The notes under the pieces are model-generated. The model ran no database searches and was not told where the DNA came from. It saw only the letters and a list, made by a program, of their open reading frames with translations. DNA of 64,000 nt from Eledone cirrhosa (Eukaryota): the NCBI GenBank assembly GCA_964016885.1, contig OZ024743.1, positions 141,236,001-141,300,000 of the forward strand. The letters run 5' to 3'. A program made the translations under genes and the position numbers. The stretch's first letter is position 1, and every line of letters begins with the position of its first letter. Positions 1-12,900 of this stretch are shown here, one piece after another.

Positions 1-69
1 TTTGGTGTTTGGTGTTTGCTGTTTGGTGTTTGGTGTTTGGTGTTTGGTGCTTTGTGCTTGGTGCTTGGT

Positions 70-3000
70 GTTAAGTGTTTGGGGCTTGGTGCTTGTTGCA
101 TGGTGCTTGGTGTTTGGATCTTGGTGCCTGGTGCTTGGTGTTTGGTGCTTGGTGCTTGGTGCTTGGTGTTTGGTGCTTGGTATTTGGTGCTTGGTGCTTG
201 GTGTTTGGTGCTTGGTGTTTGGTGCTTGGTGTTCGGTGCTTGGTGCTTGGTGTTTGGTGCTTGGTGTTAGGTGATTGGTGCTTGGTGCTTGGTGTTTTAT
301 GTTTGATCCTTGGTGCTTGGTGTTTGGTGCTTGGTGCTTGGTGTTTGGTGCTTGTTATTTGGTGCTTGCTGCTTGCTGCTTGGTGTTTGGTGCTTGGTGA
401 TTGGTGCTTGGTGTTGGGTACTTGGTGCTTGTTGTTTGGTGTTTGGTGCTAGGTGCTTGGTGCTTGGTGCTTGGGGTTTGGTGCTTGGTGCTTGGTGTTT
501 GGTGTTTGGTGCTTTGTGCTTGGGGCTTGGTGTTTGGTGCTTTGTGCTTGGTGCTTGTTGTTTGGTGCTTGGTGCTTGGTGCTTCGTGTTTGGTGTTTGG
601 TGTTTGGTGCTTGGTGTTTGGTGCTTGGTGCTTGGTGCTGGGTGGTTGGTGTTTGGTGCTTGGTGCTTGGTGTTTGGTGCTTGGTGCTTGGTGCTTGTTG
701 TTTGGTGCTTGGTGCTTGGTGCTTGGTCTTTGGTGCTTGGAGTTTGGTGGTTGGTGCTTGGTGCTTGGTGTTTGGTGTTTGGTGTTTGCTGTTTGGTGTT
801 TGCTGTTTGGTGTCTGCTTTTTGGTGTTTGGTGTTTGCTGTATGGTGTTTGCTGTTTCGTATTTGGTTTTTGCTGTTTGGTGTTTGGTGTTTGCTGTTTG
901 GTGTTTGGTGTTTGGTGTTTGGTGCTTTGTGCTTGGTGCTTGGTGTTTGGCATTTGGTGCTTGGTGCTTGGTGTTTGGTGCTTGGTGCTTGGTGTTTGGT
1001 GTTTGGTGCTTGGTGCCTGGTGCTTGTTGTATGCTGTTTGGTGCCTGGTGCTTGGTGTTTGGTGTTTGGTGTTTGGTGCTTGGTGTCTGGTGTTTGGTGT
1101 TTGGTGTTTGGTGCTTGCTGCTTGGTGTTTGGGTTTTGGTGCTTGGTGCTTGGTGTTTGGTGTTTGGTGCTTGGTGTTTGGTGCTTGGTGTTTGGTGCTG
1201 AGTGCTTGGTGTTTTGTGCTTGGTGCGTGGTGCTTGGTGTTTGGTGTTTGGTGCTTGGTGCTTGGTGTTTGGTGTTTGATGCTTGGTGTTTGATGCTTGT
1301 TGCTTGGTGCTTGGTGTTTTGTGTTTGGTGTTTGGTGCTTGGTGTATGTACTTGGTGCTTGGTTCTTGGTGTTTGGTGCTTGGTTCTTGGTGTTTGGTGA
1401 TTGGTGCTTGGGGCTTGGTGTTTGGTGCTTGGTGCTTGGTGTTTGGTACTTGGTGCTTGGTGTTTGGTTTTTGATGCTTGGTGTTTGATGCTTGGTGCTT
1501 GGTGCTTGGTGTTAAGTGTTTGGGGCTTGGTGCTTGTTGCATGGTGCTTGGTGTTTGGTGCTTGGTGCCTGGTGCTTGGTGTTTGGTGCTTGGTGCTTGG
1601 TGCTTGGTGTTTGGTGCTTGGTATTTGATGCTTGGTGCTTGGTGTTTGGTGCTTGGTGTTGGTGCTTGGTGTTCGGTGCTTGGTGCTTGGTGTTTGGTGC
1701 TTGGTGTTAGGTGATTGGTGCTTGGTGCTTGGTGTTATATGTTTGATCCTTGGTGCTTGGTGTTTGGTGCTTGGTGCTTGGTGTTTGGTGTTTGGTGCTT
1801 GGTGCCTGGTGCTTGTTGTATGCTGTTTGGTGCTTGGTGCTTGGTGTTTGGTGTTTGCTGCTTGTTGTCTGGTGTTTGGTGCTTGGTGTTTGGTGTTTGG
1901 TGCTTGGTGCTTGGTGCTTGGTATTTGGTGTTTGGTGCTTGGTGCTTGGTGTTTGTTGTTTGGTGCTGGGTGCTTGGAGTTTGGTTCTTGGTGCTTGGTG
2001 CTTAGTGCTTGGTGTTTGGTGTTTGGTGCTTGGTGTTGGGTGTTTGGTGTTTGATGCTTGGTGTGTGCTGCTTGGTGCTTGGTGCTTGGTGTTTTTTGTT
2101 TGGTGCTTGGTGCTTGGTGCCTGGTGCTTGGTGCTTGGTGCTTGTTGTTTGGTGCTTGGTGCTTGGTGATTAGTGTTTGGTGCTTGGTGCTTGGGGTTTG
2201 CTGTTTGGTGCTTGGTGCTTGGTGTTTGGTGTTTGGTGTTTGGTGCTTGGTGTCTGGTGTTTGGTGTTTGGTGTTTGGTGCTTGGTGCTTGGTGTTTGGG
2301 TTTTGGTGCTTGGTGCTTGGTGTTTGGTGTTTGGTGCTTGGTGTTTGGTGCTTGGTGTTTGGTGCTGAGTGCTTGGTGTTTTGTGCTTGGTGCGTGGTGC
2401 TTGGTGTTTGGTGTTTGGCGCTTGGTGCTTGGTGTCTGGTGTTTGATGCTTGGTGTTTGATGCTTGTTGCTTGGTGCTTGGTGTTTTGTGTTTGGTGTTT
2501 CGTGCTTGGTGTATGTACTTGTTGCTTGGTTCTTGGTGTTTGGTGCTTGGTTCTTGGTGTTTGGTGATTGGTGCTTGGTGCTTGGTGTTTGGTGCTTGGT
2601 GCTTGGTGTTTGGTACTTGGTGCTTGGTGTTTGGTTTTTGATGCTTGGTGTTTGATGCTTGGTGCTTGGTGCTTGGTGTTTAACTGTTTGGGGCTTGGTG
2701 CTTGGTGCATGATGCTTGGTGTTTGGTGCTTGGTGCCTGGTGCTTGGTGTTTGGTGCTTGGTGCTTGGTGCTTGGTGTTTGGTGCTTGGTATTTGGTGCT
2801 TGGTGCTTGGTGTTTGGTGCTTGGTGTTTGGTGCTTGGTGTTCGGTGCTTGGTGCTTGGTGTTTGGTGCTTGGTGTTAGGTGATTGGTGCTTGGTGCTTG
2901 GTGTTTGATGTTTGATCCTTGGTGCTTGGTGTTTGGTGCTTGGTGCTTGGTGTTTGGTGTTTGGTGCTTGTTGCTTGCTGCTTGGTGTTTGGTGCTTGGT

Positions 3001-6000
3001 GATTGGTGCTTGGTGTTGGGTACTTGGTGCTTGTTGTTTGGTGTTTGGTGCTTGGTGCTTGGTGCTGGGTGGTTGGTGTTTGGTGCTTGGTGCTTGATGT
3101 TTGGTGCTTGGTGGTTGGTGCTTGGGGTTTGGTGCTTGGTGCTTGGTGCTTGGTGCTTGGTCTTTGGTACTTGGTGTTTGGTGTTTGGTGCTTGGTGCTT
3201 GGTGTTTGATGCTTGGTGCTTGGTGATTGGTGTTTGGTGCTTGGTGCTTGGTGCTTGGTGATTAGTGTTTGGTGCTTGGTGCTTGGTGCCTGGTGCTTGG
3301 TGCTTGGTGCTTGTTGTTTGATGCTTGGTGCTTGGTGATTAGTGTTTGGTGCTTGGTGCTTCGGGTTTGGTGTTTGGTGCTTGGGGTTTGGTGTTTGGTG
3401 CTTGGTGCTTGGTGTTTGCTGCTTGGTGCTTGGTGTTTGGTGCTTGGTGCTTTGTGTTTGATGCTTGGTGTTTGGTGCTTGGTGCTTGATGCTTGGTGCT
3501 TGGTGTTAGGTGTTTGGTGCTTGGTCCTTGGTGTTTGATGTTTGGTCCTTGGTGCTTGGTGTTTGGTGTTTGGTGCTTGGTGCTAGGTGTTTTGTGTGTG
3601 GTGCTTGCTGCTTGGTGCTTGGTGTTTTGTGTTAGGAGTTTGGTGCTTGATGTTTGGTGCTTCTGTCTTGGTGCTTGGTGTTTGGTGTTTGGTGTTTGGT
3701 GTATGGTGCTTGGTGCTTGGTGTTTGGTGCTTCGTGCTTGGTGCTTGGTGTTTGGTGCATGGTGCTTGGTGTTTGGGGCTTGGTGCCTGGTGCTTTGTGT
3801 TTGGTGCTTGGTGTTAGGCGTTTGGTGCTTGGTGCTTGGTGTTTGATGTTTGGTCCTTGGTGCTTGGTGTTTGGTATTTGGTGCTTGGTGCTTGGTGTTT
3901 GGTGTTTGGTGCTTGCTGCTTGCTGCTTGGTGTTTGGTGCTTGGTGATTGGTGCTTGGTGTTTTGTGCTTGGTGCTTGGTGTTTGGTGTTTGGTGCTAGG
4001 GGCATTGGTGCTTGGTGCTTGGTGTTTGGTGCTTGGTGCTTGGTGTTTGGTGTTTGGTGCTTGGTGCGTGGGACTTGGTGTTTGGTGCTTGGTGTTTGGT
4101 GCTTGGTGTTTGGTGCTTGGTGCTTGGTGCTTGGTGTTTGGTGTTTGGTGCTTGGTATTTGGTGATTGGTGCTTGGTGCTTGGTGTTTGGTGCTTGGGGC
4201 TTGGTGTTTGGTACTTGGTGCTTGGTGTTTGGTCTTTGGTGCTTGGTGTTTGGTGCTTGGTGCTTGGTGCTTGGTGCTTGGTCTTAAGTGTTTGGGGCTT
4301 GGTGCTTGGTGCATGGTGCTTGGTGTTTGGTGCTTGGTGCCTGGTGCTTGGTGTTTGTTGCTTGGTGCTTGGTGCTTTGTGTTTGGTGCTTGGTATTTGG
4401 TGCTTGGTGCTTGGTGTTTGGTGCTTGGTGTTTGGTGCTTGGTGTTCGGTGCTTGGTGCTTGGTGTTTGGCATTTGGTGCTTGGTGCTTGGTGTTTGGTG
4501 CTTGGTGCTTGGTGTTTGGTGTTTGGTGCTTGGTGCCTGGTGCTTGTTGTATGCTGTTTGGTGCTTGGTGCTTGGTGTTTGGTGTTTGCTGCTTGGTGTC
4601 TGGTGTTTGGTGCTTGGTGTTTGGTGTTTGGTGCTTGGTGCTTGGTGCTTGGTATTTGGTGTTTGGTGCTTGGTGCTTGGTGATTGTTGTTTGGTGCTGG
4701 GTGCTTGGAGTTTGGTGCTTGGTGCTTGGTGCTTAGTGCTTGGTGTTTGGTGTTTGGTGCTTGGTGTTGGGTGTTTGGTGTTTGATGCTTGGTGTGTGCT
4801 GCTTGGTGCTTGGTGCTTGGTGTTTTGTGTTTGGTGCTTGGTGCTTGGTGCCTGGTGCTTGGTGCTTGGTGCTTGTTGTTTGGTGCTTGGTGCTTGGTGA
4901 TTAGTGTTTGGTGCTTGGTGCTTGGGGTTTGCTGTTTGGTGCTTGGTGCTTGGTGTTTGGTGCTTGGTGCTTGGTGTTTGGTGTTTGGTGCTTGGTGCTT
5001 GGTGTTTGGGTTTTGGTGCTTGGTGCTTGGTGTTTGGTGTTTGGTGCTTGGTGTTTGGTGCTTGGTGTTTGGTGCTGAGTGCTTGGTGTTTGGTGTTTGA
5101 CGCTTGGTGTTTGATGCTTGTTGCTTGGTGCTTGGTGTTTTGTGTTTGGTGTTTGGTGCTTGGTGTATGTACTTGGTGCTTGGTTCTTGGTGTTTGGTGC
5201 TTGGTTCTTGGTGTTTGGTGATTGGTGCTTGGTGCTTGGTGTTTGGTGCTTGGTGCTTGGTGTTTGGTACTTGGTGCTTGGTGTTTGGTTTTTGATGCTT
5301 GGTGTTTGATGCTTGGTGCTTGGTGCTTGGTGTTAAGTGTTTGGGGCTTGGTGCTTGGTGCATGGTGCTTGGTGTTTGTTGCTTGGTGCCTGGTGCTTGG
5401 TGTTTGGTGCTTGGTTCTTGGTGCTTGGTGTTTGGTGCTTGGTATTTGGTGCTTGGTGCTTGGTGTTTGGTGCTTGGTGTTTGGTGCTTGGTGTTCGGTG
5501 CTTGGTGCTTGGTGTTTGGTGCTTGGTGTTAGGTGATTGGTGCTTGGTGCTTGGTGTTTGATGTTTGATCCTTGGTGCTTGGTGTTTGGTGCTTGGTGCT
5601 TGGTGTTTGGTGTTTGGTGCTTGCTGCTTGCTGCTTGGTGTTTGGTTCTTGGTGATTGGTGCTTGGTGTTGGGTACTTGGTGCTTGTTGTTTGGTTTTTG
5701 GTGCTAGGTGCTTGGTGCTTGGTGCTTGGGGTTTGGTGCTTGGTGCTTGGTGTTTGGTGTTTGGTGCTTGGTGCTTGGGGCTTGGTGTTTGGTGCTTTGT
5801 GCTTGGTGCTTGTTGTTTGGTGCTTGGTGCTTGGTGCTTCGTGTTTGGTGTTTGGTGTTTGGTGCTTGGTGTTTGGTGCTTGGTGGTTGGTACTGGGTGG
5901 TTGGTGTTTGGTGCTTGGTGCTTGGTGTTTGGTGCTTGGTGCTTGGTGCTTGTTGTTTGGTGCTTGGTGCTTGGTGCTTGGTCTTTGGTGCTTGGAGTTT

Positions 6001-7815
6001 GGTGGTTGGTGCTTGGTGCTTGGTGTTTGGTGTTTGGTGTTTGCTGTTTGGTGTTTGCTGTTTGGTGTCTGCTTTTTGGTGTTTGGTGTTTGCTGTATGG
6101 TGTTTGCTGTTTCGTATTTGGTTTTTGCTGTTTGGTGTTTGGTGTTTGCTGTTTGGTGTTTGGTGTTTGGTGTTTGGTGCTTTGTGCTTGGTGCTTGGTG
6201 TTTGGTGTTTGGTGCTTGGTGCTTGGTGTTTGGTGCTTGGTGCTTGGTGTTTGGTGTTTGGTGCTTGGTGCCTGGTGCTTGTTGTATGCTGTTTGGTGCC
6301 TGGTGCTTGGTGTTTGGTGTTTGGTGTTTGGTGCTTGGTGTCTGGTGTTTGGTGTTTGGTGTTTGGTGCTTGGTGCTTGGTGTTTGGGTTTTGGTGCTTG
6401 GTGCTTGGTGTTTGGTGTTTGGTGCTTGGTGTTTGGTGCTTGGTGTTTGGTGCTGAGTGCTTGGTGTTTTGTGCTTGGTGCGTGGTGCTTGGTGTTTGGT
6501 GTTTGGTGCTTGGTGCTTGGTGTTTGGTGTTTGATGCTTGGTGTTTGATGCTTGTTGCTTGGTGCTTGGTGTTTTGTGTTTGGTGTTTGGTGCTTGGTGT
6601 ATGTACTTGGTGCTTGGTTCTTGGTGTTTGGTGCTTGGTTCTTGGTGTTTGGTGATTGGTGCTTGGGGCTTGGTGTTTGGTGCTTGGTGCTTGGTGTTTG
6701 GTACTTGGTGCTTGGTGTTTGGTTTTTGATGCTTGGTGTTTGATGCTTGGTGCTTGGTGCTTGGTGTTAAGTGTTTGGGGCTTGGTGCTTGTTGCATGGT
6801 GCTTGGTGTTTGGTGCTTGGTGCCTGGTGCTTGGTGTTTGGTGCTTGGTGCTTGGTGCTTGGTGTTTGGTGCTTGGTATTTGGTGCTTGGTGCTTGGTGT
6901 TTGGTGCTTGGTGTTTGGTGCTTGCTGTTCGGTGCTTGGTGCTTGGTGTTTGGTGCTTGGTGTTAGGTGATTGGTGCTTGGTGCTTGGTGTTTTATGTTT
7001 GATCCTTGGTGCTTGGTGTTTGGTGCTTGGTGCTTGGTGTTTGGTGTTTGGTGCTTGGTGCCTGGTGCTTGTTGTATGCTGTTTGGTGCTTGGTGCTTGG
7101 TGTTTGGTGTTTGCTGCTTGTTGTCTGGTGTTTGGTGCTTGGTGTTTGGTGTTTGGTGCTTGGTGCTTGGTGCTTGGTATTTGGTGTTTGGTGCTTGGTG
7201 CTTGGTGTTTGTTGTTTGGTGCTGGGTGCTTGGAGTTTGGTTCTTGGTGCTAGGTGCTTAGTGCTTGGTGTTTGGTGTTTGGTGCTTGGTGTTGGGTGTT
7301 TGGTGTTTGATGCTTGGTGTGTGCTGCTTGGTGCTTGGTGCTTGGTGTTTTTTGTTTGGTGCTTGGTGCTTGGTGCCTGGTGCTTGGTGCTTGGTGCTTG
7401 TTGTTTGGTGCTTGGTGCTTGGTGATTAGTGTTTGGTGCTTGGTGCTTGGGGTTTGCTGTTTGGTGCTTGGTGCTTGGTGTTTGGTGTTTGGTGTTTGGT
7501 GCTTGGTGTCTGGTGTTTGGTGTTTGGTGTTTGGTGCTTGGTGCTTGGTGTTTGGGTTTTGGTGCTTGGTGCTTGGTGTTTGGTGTTTGGTGCTTGGTGT
7601 TTGGTGCTTGGTGTTTGGTGCTGAGTGCTTGGTGTTTTGTGCTTGGTGCGTGGTGCTTGGTGTTTGGTGTTTGGCGCTTGGTGCTTGGTGTTTGGTGTTT
7701 GATGCTTGGTGTTTGATGCTTGTTGCTTGGTGCTTGGTGTTTTGTGTTTGGTGTTTCGTGCTTGGTGTATGTACTTGTTGCTTGGTTCTTGGTGTTTGGT
7801 GCTTGGTTCTTGGTG
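70..7815 (+). repeat. Duplicated block of about 2.5 kb at offset 5,255/5,256 bp (about 70-2560 and 5325-7815)
   Basis: ORFs 310/5565, 401/5656 and 1283/6538 (+5255), then 1715/6971 and 2058/7314 (+5256) after a 1-bp slip near 1659. Landmarks 1346/6601 and 2513/7769. Confidence 0.85.
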
Positions 7816-9920
7816 TTTGGTGCTTGGTGCCTGGTGCTTGTTGTATGCTGTTTGGTGCTTGGTGCTTGGTGTTTGGTGTTTGCTGCTTGGTGTCTGGTGT
7901 TTGGTGCTTGGTGTTTGGTGTTTGGTGCTTGGTGCTTGGTGCTTGGTATTTGGTGTTTGGTGCTTGGTGCTTGGTGATTGTTGTTTGGTGCTGGGTGCTT
8001 GGAGTTTGGTGCTTGGTGCTTGGTGCTTAGTGCTTGGTGTTTGGTGTTTGGTGCTTGGTGTTGGGTGTTTGGTGTTTGATGCTTGGTGTGTGCTGCTTGG
8101 TGCTTGGTGCTTGGTGTTTTGTGTTTGGTGCTTGGTGCTTGGTGCCTGGTGCTTGGTGCTTGGTGCTTGTTGTTTGGTGCTTGGTGCTTGGTGATTAGTG
8201 TTTGGTGCTTGGTGCTTGGGGTTTGCTGTTTGGTGCTTGGTGCTTGGTGTTTGGTGCTTGGTGCTTGGTGTTTGGTGTTTGGTGCTTGGTGCTTGGTGTT
8301 TGGGTTTTGGTGCTTGGTGCTTGGTGTTTGGTGTTTGGTGCTTGGTGTTTGGTGCTTGGTGTTTGGTGCTGAGTGCTTGGTGTTTGGTGTTTGACGCTTG
8401 GTGTTTGATGCTTGTTGCTTGGTGCTTGGTGTTTTGTGTTTGGTGTTTGGTGCTTGGTGTATGTACTTGGTGCTTGGTTCTTGGTGTTTGGTGCTTGGTT
8501 CTTGGTGTTTGGTGATTGGTGCTTGGTGCTTGGTGTTTGGTGCTTGGTGCTTGGTGTTTGGTACTTGGTGCTTGGTGTTTGGTTTTTGATGCTTGGTGTT
8601 TGATGCTTGGTGCTTGGTGCTTGGTGTTAAGTGTTTGGGGCTTGGTGCTTGGTGCATGGTGCTTGGTGTTTGGTGCTTGGTGCCTGGTGCTATGTGTTTG
8701 GTGCTTGGTGCTTGGTGCTTGGTGTTTGGTGCTTGGTATTTGGTGCTTGGTGCTTGGTGTTTGGTGCTTGGTGTTTGGTGCTTGGTGTTCGGTGCTTGGT
8801 GCTTGGTGTTTGGTGCTTGGTGTTAGGTGATTGGTGCTTGGTGCTTGGTGTTTGATGTTTGATCCTTGGTGCTTGGTGTTTGGTGCTTGGTGCTTGGTGT
8901 TTGGTGTTTGGTGCTTGCTGCTTGCTGCTTGGTGTTTGGTGCTTGGTGATTGGTGCTTGGTGTTGGGTACTTGGTGCTTGTTGTTTGGTGTTTGGTGCTA
9001 GGTGCTTGGTGCTTGGTGCTTGGGGTTTGGTGCTTGGTGCTTGGTGTTTGGTGTTTGGTGCTTGGTGCTTGGGGCTTGGTGTTTGGTGCTTTGTGCTTGG
9101 TGCTTGTTGTTTGTTGCTTGGTGCTTGGTGCTTCGTGTTTGGTGTTTGGTGTTTGGTGCTTGGTGTTTGGTGCTTGGTGGTTGGTGCTGGGTGGTTGGTG
9201 TTTGGTGCTTGGTGCTTGGTGTTTGGTGCTTGGTGCTTGGTGCTTGTTGTTTGGTGCTTGGTGCTTGGTGCTTGGTCTTTGGTGCTTGGAGTTTGGTGGT
9301 TGGTGCTTGGTGCTTGGTGTTTGGTGTTTGGTGTTTGCTGTATGGTGTTTGCTGTTTCGTATTTGGTTTTTGCTGTTTGGTGTTTGGTGTTTGCTGTTTG
9401 GTGTTTGGTGTTTGGTGTTTGGTGCTTTGTGCTTGGTGCTTGGTGTTTGGTGTTTGGTGCTTGGTGCTTGGTGTTTGGTGCTTGGTGCTTGGTGTTTGGT
9501 GTTCGGTGCTTGGTGCCTGGTGCTTGTTATATGCTGTTTGGTGCCTGGTGCTTGGTGTTTGGTGTTTGGTGTTTGGTGCTTGGTGTCTGGTGTTTGGTGT
9601 TTGGTGTTTGGTGCTTGGTGCTTGGTGTTTGGGTTTTGGTGCTTGGTGCTTGGTGTTTGGTGTTTGGTGCTTGGTGTTTGGTGCTTGGTGTTTGGTGCTG
9701 AGTGCTTGGTGTTTTGTGCTTGGTGCGTGGTGCTTGGTGTTTGGTGTTTGGTGCTTGGTGCTTGGTGTTTGGTGTTTGATGCTTGGTGTTTGATGCTTGT
9801 TGCTTGGTGCTTGGTGTTTTGTGTTTGGTGTTTGGTGCTTGGTGTATGTACTTGGTGCTTGGTTCTTGGTGTTTGGTGCTTGGTTCTTGGTGTTTGGTGA
9901 TTGGTGCTTGGGGCTTGGTG
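4515..9920 (+). repeat. Duplicated block at offset 3,294 bp, dropping to 3,245 bp after loss of 7 monomers (about 4515-6680 and 7810-9920)
   Basis: ORFs 4789/8083, 5104/8398 and 5565/8859 (+3294), then 6538/9783 (+3245). Landmarks 5167/8461 and 6601/9846. Confidence 0.85.
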
Positions 9921-12900
9921 TTTGGTGCTTGGTGCTTGGTGTTAAGTGTTTGGGGCTTGGTGCTTGTTGCATGGTGCTTAGTGTTTGGTGCTTGGTGCCT
10001 GGTGCTTGGTGTTTGGTGCTTGGTGCTTGGTGCTTGGTGTTTGGTGCTTGGTATTTGGTGCTTGGTGCTTGGTGTTTGGTGCTTGGTGTTTGGTGCTTGG
10101 TGTTCGGTGCTTGGTGCTTGGTGTTTGGTGCTTGGTGTTAGGTGATTGGTGCTTGGTGCTTGGTGTTTTATGTTTGATCCTTGGTGCTTGGTGTTTGGTG
10201 CTTGGTGCTTGTTGTATGCTGTTTGGTGCTTGGTGCTTGGTGTTTGGTGTTTGCTGCTTGTTGTCTGGTGTTTGGTGCTTGGTGTTTGGTGTTTGGTGCT
10301 TGGTGCTTGGTGCTTGGTATTTGGTGTTTGGTGCTTGGTGCTTGGTGTTTGTTGTTTGGTGCTGGGTGCTTGGAGTTTGGTTCTTGGTGCTTGGTGCTTA
10401 GTGCTTGGTGTTTGGTGTTTGGTGCTTGGTGTTGGGTGTTTGGTGTTTGATGCTTGGTGTGTGCTGCTTGGTGCTTGGTGCTTGGTGTTTTTTGTTTGGT
10501 GCTTGGTGCTTGGTGCCTGGTGCTTGGTGCTTGGTGCTTGTTGTTTGGTGCTTGGTGCTTGGTGATTAGTGTTTGGTGCTTGGTGCTTGGGGTTTGCTGT
10601 TTGGTGCTTGGTGCTTGGTGTTTGGTGTTTGGTGTTTGGTGCTTGGTGTCTGGTGTTTGGTGTTTGGTGTTTGGTGCTTGGTGCTTGGTGTTTGGGTTTT
10701 GGTGCTTGGTGCTTGGTGTTTGGTGTTTGGTGCTTGGTGTTTGGTGCTTGGTGTTTGGTGCTGAGTGCTTGGTGTTTTGTGCTTGGTGCGTGGTGCTTGG
10801 TGTTTGGTGTTTGGCGCTTGGTGCTTGGTGTTTGGTGTTTGATGCTTGGTGTTTGATGCTTGTTGCTTGGTGCTTGGTGTTTTGTGTTTGGTGTTTCGTG
10901 CTTGGTGTATGTACTTGTTGCTTGGTTCTTGGTGTTTGGTGCTTGGTTCTTGGTGTTTGGTGATTGGTGCTTGGTGCTTGGTGTTTGGTGCTTGGTGCTT
11001 GGTGTTTGGTACTTGGTGCTTGGTGTTTGGTTTTTGATGCTTGGTGTTTGATGCATGGTGCTTGGTGCTTGGTGTTTAAGTGTTTGGGGCTTGGTACTTG
11101 GTGCATGGTGCTTGGTGTTTGGTGCTTGGTGCCTGGTGCTTGGTGTTTGGTGCTTGGTATTTGGTGCTTGGTGCTTGGTGTTTGGTGCTTGGTGTTTGGT
11201 GCTTGGTGTTCGGTGCTTGGTGCTTGGTGTTTGGTGCTTGGTGTTAGGTGATTGGTGCTTGGTGCTTGGTGTTTGATGTTTGATCCTTGGTGCTTGGTGT
11301 TTGGTGCTTGGTGCTTGGTGTTTGGTGTTTGGTGCTTGTTGCTTGCTGCTTGGTGTTTGGTGCTTGGTGATTGGTGCTTGGTGTTGGGTACTTGGTGCTT
11401 GTTGTTTGGTGTTTGGTGCTAGGTGCTTGATGCTTGGTGCTTGGTGTTTGGTGTTTGGTGCTTGGTGCTTGGGGCTTGGTGTTTGGTGCTTTGTGCTTGG
11501 TGCTTGGTGTTTGGTGCTTGGTGCTTGGTGCTTCGTGTTTGGTGTTTGGTGTTTGGTGCTTGGTGTTTGGTGCTTGCTGCTTGGTGCTGGGTGGTTGGTG
11601 TTTGGTGCTTGGTGCTTGGTGTTTGGTGCTTGGTGGTTGGTGCTTGGTGTTTGGTGCTTGGTGCTTGGTGCTTGGTGCTTGGTCTTTGGTGCTTGCTGTT
11701 TGGTGTTTGGTGCTTGGTGCTTGGTGTTTGATGCTTGGTGCTTGGTGATTGGTGTTTGGTGCTTGGTGCTTGGTGCTTGGTGATTAGTGTTTGGTGCTTG
11801 GTGCTTGGTGCCTGGTGCTTGGTGCTTGGTGCTTGTTGTTTGATGCTTGGTGCTTGGTGATTAGTGTTTGGTGCTTGGTGGTTGGGGTTTGGTGTTTGGT
11901 GCTTGGGGTTTGGTGTTTGGTGCTTGGTGCTTGGTGTTTGGTGCTTGGTGCTTGGTGTTTGGTTCTTGGTGCTTTGTGTTTGATGCTTGGTGTTTGGTGC
12001 TTGGTGCTTGATGCTTGGTGCTTGGTGTTAGGTGTTTGGTGCTTGGTGCTTGGTGTTTGATGTTTGGTCCTTGGTGCTTGGTGTTTGGTGTTTGGTGCTT
12101 GGTGCTAGGTGTTTTGTGTGTGGTGCTTGCTGCTTGGTGCTTGGTGTTTTGTGTTAGGAGTTTGGTGCTTGATGTTTGGTGCTTCGGTCTTGGTGCTTGG
12201 TGTTTGGTGTTTGGTGTTTGGTGTATGGTGCTTGGTGCTTGATGTTTGGTGCTTCGTGCTTGGTGCTTGGTGTTTGGTGCATGGTGCTTGGTGTTTGGGG
12301 CTTGGTGCCTGGTGCTTTGTGTTTGCTGCTAGGTGCTTGGTGCTTGGTGTTAGGCGTTTGGTGCTTGGTGCTTGGTGTTTGATGTTTGGTCCTTGGTGCT
12401 TGGTGTTTGGTATTTGGTGCTTGGTGCTTGGTGTTTGGTGTTTGGTGCTTGCTGCTTGCTGCTTGGTGTTTGGTGCCTGGTGATTGGTGCTTGGTGTTTT
12501 GTGCTTGGTGCTTGGTGTTTGGTGTTTGGTGCTAGGGGCTTGGTGCTTGGTGCTTGGTGTTTGGTGCTTGGTGCTTGGTGTTTGGTGTTTGGTGCTTGGT
12601 GCGTGGGACCTGGTGTTTGGTGCTTGGTGTTTGGTGCTTGGTGCTTGGTGCTTGGTGTTTGATGTTTGATCCTTGGTGCTTGGTGTTTGGTGCTTGGTGC
12701 TTGGTGTTTGGTGTTTGGTGCTTGCTGCTTGCTGCTTGGTGTTTGGTGCTTGGTGATTGGTGCTTGGTGTTGGGTACTTGGTGCTTGTTGTTTGGTGTTT
12801 GGTGCTAGGTGCTTGGTGCTTGGTGCTTGGTGTTGGGTACTTGGTGCTTGTTGTTTGGTGCTTGGTGCTTGGTGTTTGGTGTTTGGTGCTTGGTGCTTGG

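Noticed and set aside
636-650. Similarity of GCTTGGTG and GCTGGGTGG to the E. coli Chi site GCTGGTGG
   Set aside because: No exact match in the consensus, and nothing suggests a bacterial context. The resemblance is due to composition.
449-2710. Long - strand ORFs (753 aa here; also 6993-8657, 9527-11056, 28339-29871) of TKHQAPS/TKHQTPN heptads resembling mucin-like or Pol II CTD-like repeats
   Set aside because: The A/C-rich strand has very little T, so stops are rare by composition. ATG starts arise only from CAT-containing variants. The recurrent -1 slips are tolerated, which argues against selection on a reading frame.
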